Source: Candidatus Bathyarchaeia archaeon
Lineage (GTDB): Archaea; Thermoproteota; Bathyarchaeia; Bathyarchaeales; Bathycorpusculaceae
Direction: 5' to 3'
Assembly (NCBI GenBank): GCA_049516875.1
Contig: JBEKSS010000007.1
Span: 64,001 to 128,000 of the forward strand
DNA length: 64,000 bases
The translations under genes were made by a program, and so were the position numbers. Shown here in pieces: positions 1 through 8,232 of this stretch (position 1 is its first letter; each line of letters starts with the position of its first letter). Under the pieces are notes generated by a model. The model was not told the origin of the DNA. It worked only from the letters and a program-made list of their open reading frames with translations, and did no database searches.

Positions 1-3
1 GTC

Positions 4-1182
4 TTGATTGAATCTGGACGGATTGAGCGTCCAGCTCGGACAATGCGTTTCATATGGGTGCCTGAAACGTTCGGTTCAATAGCCTACCTGTTCAGTCACG
101 AGGATTTGCCTTCAAGACTGGTCGCGGGCATAAACTTGGACATGGTGGGACAGAACCAGGAACTGTGCAAATCCACGCTCAATCTTGACCGTACTCCTGA
201 TTCACTGCCCTCTTATCTGAACGATCTTGTCTTCCGTTTTATGGAAGAATCTGTCAAGGAATTTGATACGCCATCGCCGTTCGGATCATCATCCACGTTC
301 CGGTATGCCACGGGGGCTTTCAGTGGCGGTAGCGACCACGCAGAATTCACTGACTCAACGATAGGGGTCCCGTGTATCATGCTGCTTCAATGGCCAGACT
401 TGTTCTATCATACAAGCATGGACACTATTGACAAAGTGAGCGAGGAAAGCCTGAAAAGAGTCGGATGGATAGCGGCAAGTGCTGCCTTGACTCTTGCAAA
501 CGCCACATTCGAAACAGCCTTTCAGCTTGCGAGTGAAACCGCCTCGAAAGGCATGATTAGAATCGAAGAAGCCAAGCGAGAAGCGATTGAGGAACTGTTT
601 AAGAAGAAGCAAGACCCAAAGCTGAAAGACAAGCCTGAGGAGCTAGTTAAAGAACTGGACAGGATAGCTTCCCACTACAGAAGCAGGATAGAACATTTTG
701 CATGGCGTGAACAGGAGGCTGCCAAATCGGTGAGAAGACTTGGAGAAAGCCCTGAACTGGATGCTTCATTGAATGAATACTGCAGAGACATTGAGGGTCT
801 TGCCAACCGAGAAATCGCACGGCTTCAGGAGGCAGTGAGTTTCATAGCCAAAACATTAGCCTTGATTCTTCCAGGCCAACCTCAACCCGCAGAGTCAGAC
901 AAAGAACTGAAGCTGATTCCAAAGCGGCTGTTCAAAGGGACGCTTGATTTTGGGGTTCTAAAGAAAACGCTAAGCGAGAAAGAACTTGAGTGGTATGAAG
1001 CGCGCGAGAAAGACGAGGATCTTGGCAAGAAGTCGGCTGAAGTACTGAACTTCATGAACGGAAAACGAAGCGTCTACGAGATTATGAAGGCTGTCTCGGC
1101 AGAATACGGCGAAACCAACCCTGAACATGTGCTGAAGTTTCTGCGGGACCTCGAGAAAGCCAAGCTCGTCGAACTTTCCTAG
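4..1182 (+). CDS. DUF4910 / M28-like aminopeptidase-domain protein with C-terminal winged helix (5' truncated by window edge)
   Basis: Motifs INLDMVG, GGSDH, FYHTSMDT typical of the M28/DUF4910 fold; C-terminal LNFMNGKRSVYEI wHTH. Confidence 0.75.
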   Translation: MIESGRIERPARTMRFIWVPETFGSIAYLFSHEDLPSRLVAGINLDMVGQNQELCKSTLNLDRTPDSLPSYLNDLVFRFMEESVKEFDTPSPFGSSSTFRYATGAFSGGSDHAEFTDSTIGVPCIMLLQWPDLFYHTSMDTIDKVSEESLKRVGWIAASAALTLANATFETAFQLASETASKGMIRIEEAKREAIEELFKKKQDPKLKDKPEELVKELDRIASHYRSRIEHFAWREQEAAKSVRRLGESPELDASLNEYCRDIEGLANREIARLQEAVSFIAKTLALILPGQPQPAESDKELKLIPKRLFKGTLDFGVLKKTLSEKELEWYEAREKDEDLGKKSAEVLNFMNGKRSVYEIMKAVSAEYGETNPEHVLKFLRDLEKAKLVELS

Positions 1183-1266
1183 CCTCACCTTTTTCGGCCA
1201 AACACACTTTTATATGACCACTTTTCCTTCTACTACGTGCCTGTAATCCCAAAGGAAGAGGAATCA

Positions 1267-2019
1267 ATGGTCTGTGCAATTGAGATATTCGAAAAACCAA
1301 AGCTGCACAACCCTGTTCTAATCGAGGGCTTGCCTGGAATAGGCTTCGTAGCCAACATTGCGGCCTTACATCTAATTCATGAATTAAAGGCAACACGTTT
1401 CGGCGAAATTCACTCCTCGGCTTTTCAAGACTTGGCGATCACAACAAAGGACGGCGGGGCCCAGTGTCCAATGAACGAACTCTACTACTATAGAAGCCAG
1501 AATAGTGGGCGTGACCTGATAATCTGGTACGGCAACACCCAGGCTTTGACCACATCAGGACAGTACGAGCTTTGCGGCAGAATCCTAGACATAGCTCAAG
1601 AGTTGGACTGCCACTACGTCGTGACCTTGGGTGGCTTCAGACAGGAAGAAATAAAGGGGGCACCTCAGATTTACTGCGCCGCTTCAGACCACGAAACGTT
1701 GAACGATGCCCTCAGCCTCGGAACAAAGATAATGGTTGGGCAAATATTCGGAATTGCCGGGCTTATGGTTGGGCTGGCCAGACTCAGGGGCTTCAAGAGC
1801 TTCTCGCTTCTGGCGGACACTCTAGGCACGTATCCTGATGCAAGCGCCACGCGTTACGCACTGACCGCGCTGAACAAATTCCTGAACATGAACATCGACC
1901 TGTCTAGACTGGATATCGCTGCGGAAGAGACCAGGAAAATCTTGGAGTCTTTCGGTTTAATAAGAACTATTGGAACAGAAAAGAAGAAAGAGGAACAACA
2001 GTTCCGCTGGTTCATCTAG
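1267..2019 (+). CDS. PAC2-family proteasome assembly chaperone
   Basis: LIEGLPGIGFV N-terminal motif, TLGGF, C-terminal aromatic tail (RWFI); alternative GTG start at 1237. Confidence 0.85.
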   Translation: MVCAIEIFEKPKLHNPVLIEGLPGIGFVANIAALHLIHELKATRFGEIHSSAFQDLAITTKDGGAQCPMNELYYYRSQNSGRDLIIWYGNTQALTTSGQYELCGRILDIAQELDCHYVVTLGGFRQEEIKGAPQIYCAASDHETLNDALSLGTKIMVGQIFGIAGLMVGLARLRGFKSFSLLADTLGTYPDASATRYALTALNKFLNMNIDLSRLDIAAEETRKILESFGLIRTIGTEKKKEEQQFRWFI

Positions 2020-2444
2020 GTTTTGCCCTTGGATTCGCTGATGAAAGACGTGTAGACTTTTTCCACGCGGTCGGCAGCTGGACCTGAACCTTCAACCACG
2101 CCCTTTTCTGTCACTTTGACCTTGTCCATGACCCAAATAAACCCCTTGTCCTCGTAGAGCTTGATCATGGTTGGAAACACTTTTTCAAGACGATCAGCCA
2201 GGGCCTTTAAGTCAAAGGGTCTTTCAACACTCAGAATCTGAGCGACAACATTTCCGTTCAGAAAAACCCTGTGCAACACTTTCCCTTCCTCATCTTTCGC
2301 TTCCGACAGGCAAAGGCTCATATTGTCAGGATTAATGCCGAGCAACGTTCCCGTGAACGTCCTTCCAGTCGTTGTTGCCACAATCACGTGCCTATCCGCC
2401 AATGCTGAAACCTCAGTGAAGAACTTCCTCTGCACCACAGACAA
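2016..2444 (-). CDS. Sm-like (Lsm) RNA-binding protein, SmAP3 type with C-terminal domain
   Basis: Sm1 motif GRTFTGTLLGINPDNMSLCL, Sm2 VFLNGNVV, ~65-aa C-terminal extension. Confidence 0.85.
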   Translation of the reverse strand: MSVVQRKFFTEVSALADRHVIVATTTGRTFTGTLLGINPDNMSLCLSEAKDEEGKVLHRVFLNGNVVAQILSVERPFDLKALADRLEKVFPTMIKLYEDKGFIWVMDKVKVTEKGVVEGSGPAADRVEKVYTSFISESKGKT

Positions 2445-2759
2445 TCATTTAACCCCCGTTCTACCTAACGAGATTGCGGAACAACTATTTAAAAATAGTA
2501 TTTCCAGAGGTTTTCTTTTGTAAGCCGTTTTTCTTGATGATCTCCAAGCGCACGGCAACGGCCACTTGTTCATTGCAAACGATTCTACCTTGTATGCTTT
2601 TATGGTAAACTTTTGCGTCAGCGACTGGCCGATGTTCTGTGAGAACAGTTCTCATCAAAGCTACGTAGGGCAATGATCGAGTTGGCACTCGACGCATGGA
2701 GTAATCCGCATTTTCGAAAAAGGGAAGCGGGAAACACTTGTTCTTAGCAAAGAACCTTT

Positions 2760-3251
2760 TCACAGGTCTTCTGCAAAATACTTTAGGTCGAACGGTTTGA
2801 TAATCATCCCTGTCTTTAAGCTCACGATGAATGATTGGACGTCGCTGACGAAGTCTGCAAAATTGACTGTGTACTCCCGCATAAAGTCTGCGTATTTCGA
2901 GTAGTCCTTGTGAAGCGAGAATATCACTGCGTCTTTCCCGAGGCCTTCTCCGTCGGATGCAAAGAAGACGTTAGGATGCTGCATCACCCACTTTTTTGCC
3001 AACTCTAATTTCGTTTCTACCTGTTTCCTATCGTAAGTCTTCGCCTTCCCGAACGTTATCGCAAGGATTTCGTATCCGATCTTCTTGAAATCTGGCACAA
3101 TGGTGTAGCTTCTGATGTAGCTTTCTGCGAGCTTTCTGTTTCTTGTCACTGTTGGCTGTGATATTTTCAGGGTCTTTGCTAGTTCTCTGTCGCTCCTCCT
3201 AGAGTTTCGAATCAGTTCTTTCAAAAGTTTGACTATTTTCTCTTCTTTCAT
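2760..3251 (-). CDS. Lrp/AsnC family transcriptional regulator
   Basis: N-terminal HTH NSRRSDRELAKTLKISQPTVTR followed by YTIVPDFKKIGY. Confidence 0.85.
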   Translation of the reverse strand: MKEEKIVKLLKELIRNSRRSDRELAKTLKISQPTVTRNRKLAESYIRSYTIVPDFKKIGYEILAITFGKAKTYDRKQVETKLELAKKWVMQHPNVFFASDGEGLGKDAVIFSLHKDYSKYADFMREYTVNFADFVSDVQSFIVSLKTGMIIKPFDLKYFAEDL

Positions 3252-3318
3252 GGTCTTCGAACCAAAATCAGTGTACTACAGCTTTTATCTTTTTCGGAGA
3301 ACCAACGATACAATCACT

Positions 3319-4590
3319 TCAGCTCTTTTTTTCAACATCTTGCTTCAAAAACACTCTGCTCTCCGGCGGCAGATCTTTTTGAACCATAAGGTTTGGGCCT
3401 ATCCAACTGTTGCTTCCAACCTTGACGCCTGGCATGAGAAGCGCGTTTATCCCTGTTTTCACGTTGTCGCCCAGAACTGCTCCGAGCTTTTTTCTTCCGC
3501 TGTCCACGAGTTTGTCTTTTACCATCATTTTGATTGTACCTGCGTCAAGTCGGTAATTGGCTGTTATGGTGCCTGCGCCTAGGTTGCCTCTTTCGCCTAT
3601 TATGCTGTCGCCGACATATGAAAGGTGGCCTATGTGGGCATTGTCCATTATTATGCTGTTCTTGATTTCGCAGGCGTTGCCAACCCTCACTTTTCTGCCG
3701 ATGCTTGTGCATGGGCGGATGTAACAGTTGGGTCCAATGTCGGCTTCCTCATCTATGAAGGCAGGTCCCTCAACATATGCTCCTGAACGTATGCGCGCGG
3801 TTTCGGCAACCGTCACCGGGCCGATTAAGTGTGCACCGTTCTCGATGAATCCGCAGGGTTTGTGTTTCATTCTTGTCAGTACCCAGCGGTTCGCTTCAAG
3901 CAGGTCCCAAGGCTTTCCGATTTCAATCCAGTCTTCACTCGCTATCTTGACGGCTACCACTGATTTTTTTTCGTTGATTAGAAGTGTGAGTGCGTCTGGG
4001 ATTTCCCATTCTCCTCTGGACGTGGCGGAGGTTTGTTTTATCTTGGCGAATATTTCTGTTGAGAAAACGTAGATGCCCGCGTTAGCCAAGTTCGTCGGGG
4101 CCTCTTCTGGGGTGGGTTTTTCGACTATGCGTTTGACGTGTTCGCCGTTTTCAAGTTCAACTATGCCATAATTCTCCGGTTTTTCGACGGGCACAACAGC
4201 CATCGTTGTGGTAGGCTTCTCTACTTGATGCACATCGACAACGGTTTTCACCGTGTCTGCGGCGAACAGTATGTCACCGTTGACCAGTAGAAAATCGTCC
4301 TTCATGTAAGGCTCTACAACGCCTACGGCGTTGGCTGTTCCAAGCACTGCTTCTTGTTTGGCGTATTCGATTTTTATGTCGAAGTCTTTGCCGTCGCCGA
4401 AGTATTGGCGAATTGCGTCTGACATGTAGTGGACAATTATCACTGCTTCGGTTATTCCTGCGGTTTTCAATGCGTTCAAACAGTGTTCAAGTATTGGTTT
4501 TCCGCCCACCTTTATCAGGTGTTTTGGTCTGGTGGCCGTTATGGGCAGAAGTCTGATGCCTTCTCCTGCGGCCATGATTGCAGCTTTCAT
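3319..4590 (-). CDS. glmU: Bifunctional sugar-1-phosphate nucleotidylyltransferase/acetyltransferase (archaeal GlmU)
   Basis: AAGEGIRLLP..PKHL nucleotidyltransferase motif plus hexapeptide left-handed beta-helix (HLSYVGDS, GAGTITAN); overlaps glmM. Confidence 0.9.
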   Translation of the reverse strand: MKAAIMAAGEGIRLLPITATRPKHLIKVGGKPILEHCLNALKTAGITEAVIIVHYMSDAIRQYFGDGKDFDIKIEYAKQEAVLGTANAVGVVEPYMKDDFLLVNGDILFAADTVKTVVDVHQVEKPTTTMAVVPVEKPENYGIVELENGEHVKRIVEKPTPEEAPTNLANAGIYVFSTEIFAKIKQTSATSRGEWEIPDALTLLINEKKSVVAVKIASEDWIEIGKPWDLLEANRWVLTRMKHKPCGFIENGAHLIGPVTVAETARIRSGAYVEGPAFIDEEADIGPNCYIRPCTSIGRKVRVGNACEIKNSIIMDNAHIGHLSYVGDSIIGERGNLGAGTITANYRLDAGTIKMMVKDKLVDSGRKKLGAVLGDNVKTGINALLMPGVKVGSNSWIGPNLMVQKDLPPESRVFLKQDVEKKS

Positions 4591-5963
4591 CTCTTACCTC
4601 TTCCCAGCAGATTTTTGATGGATTTTGTTCCTTTTTCCATTATCTGTTTTGCTGCTTTTAACGATTCACCTTCAACCGTCAGCCTTATGACAGGCTCTGT
4701 GCCTGACGCTCTGACGAGTAGCCATCCTTTTTCAAGAACCAGACGGACGCCATCAACCGTTGAGAATTCTCTGTACCCTGGGAAGGCAGGCTTCAAGTTT
4801 TCTCCAATTTCTTCAACAGCTTTCTGTTTCATCTCATTCTTACAACCAAAATTCTCTCTTAGAATTGGGTACTTGGGCGCGTCGGCAATAAACTCCGCTA
4901 GGCTCTTGCTCTCGTCTTCTAAAGCTTCCAGAAGCAGGGCTGATGAAAGAATGCCGTCTGGACAGTAGTGGAATTGCGGATGGATCCATGCGCCGCACGG
5001 TTCACCACCGAATATCGCATTGCTCTTCCTCATTGTTTCAGAAATGTAGACGTCGCCGACCTTTGTCCTAACCACCTTCCCACCTTGCGGCTCAACCATT
5101 TTTTCCACGCCCATTGAAGCCTCGACACTGGTCACAACCGTTCCGCCACCATTTTTCTTCACGACGTGTGCAGCGTACGCGGCTAAGACCTGGTCAAAAT
5201 CTGCAAAACTGCCTTTCTCGTCAATGAAAGCCACTCTGTCGCCGTCGCCGTCGTAGGCCAAACCTCCGTCTGCACCTAGGATCTTGACAACTTTGGCCAA
5301 ATGTGTCAAGGACTTGGCGTTTGGTTCGGGGCTTCTGGCCGGGAACCATCCGTCAGGCTGTGCATTCAAGGCTGTCACTTTGCAGCCTATACTTTTTAGA
5401 ACTGCTGGAGCAAGGTTGAAGGTGGCTCCGCATCCTGGGTCAAGCACGACGTACCATTTACTGCGCAGTCTCACCCTTTTCTCCAAGTTTTCAACGTATA
5501 GATAGCTCTCGTCTGCAAGCTGGTCGTGACCAACGTCTCTCCAGTCTGTCAGCCTGAAACGTTTGTGCGCGATGATTCCTTCAATTTCACTTTGGCTTTC
5601 CTCATCATAAGCCAGGCCGTCACCGCTGAAAATCTTGACACCGTTGTACTCGGGTGGGTTGTGCGAAGCCGTTATCATGACGCCAGCATCAGCCCTCATT
5701 TTCTTGGTCAGAAAAGCCAAGACGGGAGTGGGCACGACCCCCAAGCATTTCACGTTCGCGCCGCCCGATTCAAGACCCGAAACCAAAGCGTCCTGAAGCA
5801 TCGCCCCCGAAACCCTGGTGTCCCTAGCGACAAGCACATCCTTCGCCTTGGAGAACGTCGCTACAGCCAAACCTATCTCCTCCGCTAAACCCGCCGTCAA
5901 ATCCACGTTGACTAAGCCGCGCACTCCGGAACTGCCGAACAACCGCAACCTCAGACCTCCCAT
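4587..5963 (-). CDS. glmM: Phosphoglucosamine mutase
   Basis: FGSSGVRG, TASHNP phosphoserine, DGDGDR metal loop, RASGTEP. Confidence 0.9.
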   Translation of the reverse strand: MGGLRLRLFGSSGVRGLVNVDLTAGLAEEIGLAVATFSKAKDVLVARDTRVSGAMLQDALVSGLESGGANVKCLGVVPTPVLAFLTKKMRADAGVMITASHNPPEYNGVKIFSGDGLAYDEESQSEIEGIIAHKRFRLTDWRDVGHDQLADESYLYVENLEKRVRLRSKWYVVLDPGCGATFNLAPAVLKSIGCKVTALNAQPDGWFPARSPEPNAKSLTHLAKVVKILGADGGLAYDGDGDRVAFIDEKGSFADFDQVLAAYAAHVVKKNGGGTVVTSVEASMGVEKMVEPQGGKVVRTKVGDVYISETMRKSNAIFGGEPCGAWIHPQFHYCPDGILSSALLLEALEDESKSLAEFIADAPKYPILRENFGCKNEMKQKAVEEIGENLKPAFPGYREFSTVDGVRLVLEKGWLLVRASGTEPVIRLTVEGESLKAAKQIMEKGTKSIKNLLGRGKR

Positions 5964-6118
5964 ACAATTGAAGAGACCAAGATAACAAGCAACTCTGTTC
6001 TTAAAAAACTAAGCTCAGGGAATACCACCTCACCACAAAAAATCCGCCTCGGAAAGCTTCCGGTTTGCGCACTCCTAGGTAAGGGCTGGAATTTCAACAT
6101 GCACGAATTTTCATGGTG

Positions 6119-6934
6119 CTAGGCAAGTGCGAGGCGAATGCAAATCCACACGATGTCGCCAACGAACAACGCTAAGACTAAGCCTGCTGTGATGAAGATG
6201 AGAAAAGGCAGGCCAGGGGTTGCCCAAACGGTGTCATGGATTTTTCCAGTTTTGACAGCCTTGTCCAGTCTCTCAACGATAGCGTCCCTGCCCTCGTCCT
6301 TGGGCAAAGCGACCAGTTTTCTCTTAAGATTGCTTTCAGAATCTTCCTCTGCATCCTCAAGAGGATAAACGTGCCATTTCTCCTTCAATTTTTGAACAGA
6401 AACCTTGTAGCCAGTTATCAAAACCAGGATCTTCCGACCAATAGATCCGTTCTCGTATTCTCCTTCAAACAGTTTCCCTCTGGTTCTCACACGCCAAAGA
6501 ACATTGTACCCGAGCATGACTAGTGTCATCAAAGCTGCCAGTAAGACGGAATTGCTGAAGACACTCAGCGGAAAGAGCACCTGCGATATTGGCGAAATTT
6601 CAGAAAGAGGAGCGAGCAGGCTTGTCGGATAGAATGGTAGGGCAAGTGCCAAGCACATCAGCGCCTTTGCGTCAGCTCCTCCGAAGCCTCCGGCGTAGAA
6701 AATCACTATGGCAAATAGGGCTGTTAGGCCGAAGCAAATTCCGTAGAGGGGCAGCTGTGAAGGCTGGTAAACGTAAACGTCGGCAAAAGTGAGCACGAAA
6801 GCAAGTGGAGCAAAAACTATCCACACAGTGTTGCTTACTTCACGGGTTTTATTGTCGCTCCATGAAGCATAGAAAAGAAAAACCAAGGCCAACGCTGTCC
6901 TTGCCAAATCCAACAGCGACTGCAACAACTGCAA
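6119..6934 (-). CDS. A24 prepilin/prearchaellin peptidase (PibD/FlaK family)
   Basis: ASWSD first catalytic Asp, GGADAK second Asp, C-terminal VWATPGLPFL. Confidence 0.9.
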   Translation of the reverse strand: MQLLQSLLDLARTALALVFLFYASWSDNKTREVSNTVWIVFAPLAFVLTFADVYVYQPSQLPLYGICFGLTALFAIVIFYAGGFGGADAKALMCLALALPFYPTSLLAPLSEISPISQVLFPLSVFSNSVLLAALMTLVMLGYNVLWRVRTRGKLFEGEYENGSIGRKILVLITGYKVSVQKLKEKWHVYPLEDAEEDSESNLKRKLVALPKDEGRDAIVERLDKAVKTGKIHDTVWATPGLPFLIFITAGLVLALFVGDIVWICIRLALA

Positions 6935-7147
6935 AGTGGCACACCGTCAGAAGCATCGAATTGTCTCTTCTGCTTAAATTATCTTTCCACGTTTTTCGCG
7001 CGCGCAGCTAAACACTGGTTTGAGGGAAAAGCCGTCAATAACAAGGCAGACTGTTCTAAAGATGGGCAAGCGAGTCTTTTGAACGGATTATCGATTTGGC
7101 TAAAAGCCTTCTGAAGGAAAGCGAACATGGTCGTTGAAAGGGTCAAT

Positions 7148-7352
7148 GTTGAGTTTCGAGACCTTGTGTTTGAGTGCTCAATCCGTGATTTCTTTGAGTG
7201 TCAAAACATTGTTGAACAATGTTGGTTCCGTGCTTTTTTTACTCAATTCCGCGAGGCTTTTGAGTGTCAAAACCCTGCAATGAGCACGAAAGGCAAGAGT
7301 GCATCGGACCAAGGCTCCTATGCCACCGAGGTTAAGAGCTGAGTTTTCAAAA
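7148..7352. repeat. Cluster of TTGAGT(G/T)(C)TCAA palindromic boxes plus a 9-bp inverted repeat
   Basis: tttgagtgctcaa 7169, tttgagtgtcaaaac 7193 and 7259, ctgagttttcaaaa 7339; aacattgtt-g-aacaatgtt 7205-7223. Confidence 0.5.
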
Positions 7353-7483
7353 AGAAGCCCCATTCTAGTCAGCGAGTCTGCAGTGTAGAGTTGTTGCAAA
7401 AAAAGAGCAGGCTATCTCTCCCTCCACGTGTGGGCTATGCGGTGGGTACATTGAAAAATCCCGAGTAGAGGGAATTGAAAGAG

Positions 7484-7650
7484 TCAGCGTATCCGCCAAT
7501 ATCCATTGGCCTGTTGCGGCGTCAAATCTAAATCAACCTCAATTCTGTAATCAAACTTGTCGATTCTTCGTGTTCTTGTCTTGGACGCTGCAATCAGCCC
7601 TTTTCTTTCCCATTCATTGAGCCTTATTCAAAGCACGCAGTGCACCTTGA
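7484..7650 (-). pseudogene. Remnant of a small hypothetical gene
   Basis: Protein-like frame LNEWERKGLIAASKTRTRRIDKFDYRIEVDLDLTPQQA preceded by an in-frame TGA and no start codon. Confidence 0.35.
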
Positions 7651-7697
7651 AGGCCAAGCGCGCGCTTGGGCTCAATGAAAGAATCAAAATGGAGGTT

Positions 7698-8132
7698 CTA
7701 GGACAATGTGCTTGGTGCTTGTTGGGTCCACGATAGGGGTATACCGATTGATGGTATCACTTTGAAATAGTATATCGTACCGACCTGCCACGAGTAGTTC
7801 AATGTTATTCTCTGAACAGTGCCTGCTGGGAGCGACACTGGAGTGATTGTCTGGTTGTCCATCGTTGAAGATGATGTTCCAACATAGACCTGAATTATCG
7901 TGGTGTCCGAAGTGCCTGTATCTTGTATGTCAATGTCTATCTTGGTTCCGTTTCCGTAGAATCTCACGTTTGCCGGGTAAAGAACCACGCCTGCTTGTCC
8001 TGTTGTATGGGCCATATAAGTCATTACCCACGCGTACGTCACCACTATCGCGGCCACGGCTATGACAACTAGCAGCAGCGTAGCGAGTATCGGCGAAATG
8101 GCTTTTCTGGATCTTAACGAATTACAAGCCAA
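7698..8132 (-). CDS. Archaeal type IV pilin (class III signal peptide)
   Basis: RSRKA|ISPILATLLLVVIAVAA; probable TTG start at 8132 after a GGTGA RBS (the ORF track extends to 8204). Confidence 0.9.
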   Translation of the reverse strand: MACNSLRSRKAISPILATLLLVVIAVAAIVVTYAWVMTYMAHTTGQAGVVLYPANVRFYGNGTKIDIDIQDTGTSDTTIIQVYVGTSSSTMDNQTITPVSLPAGTVQRITLNYSWQVGTIYYFKVIPSIGIPLSWTQQAPSTLS

Positions 8133-8232
8133 ATTCTTCACCTTCTTGTTGTTTAATGATGTTCCAAATTTCTTATTTAACTTGTATGAACTTTGAATCT
8201 GCATTCAGAGTTACTGCTTATTGCCTGCCGCT

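Noticed and set aside
2485-2763. 92-aa ORF between the Lrp and Sm genes
   Set aside because: No recognisable motif; overlaps the probable promoter of the Sm gene
7148-7352. CRISPR array
   Set aside because: Repeats are only 12-16 bp, irregularly spaced, and no cas genes are present
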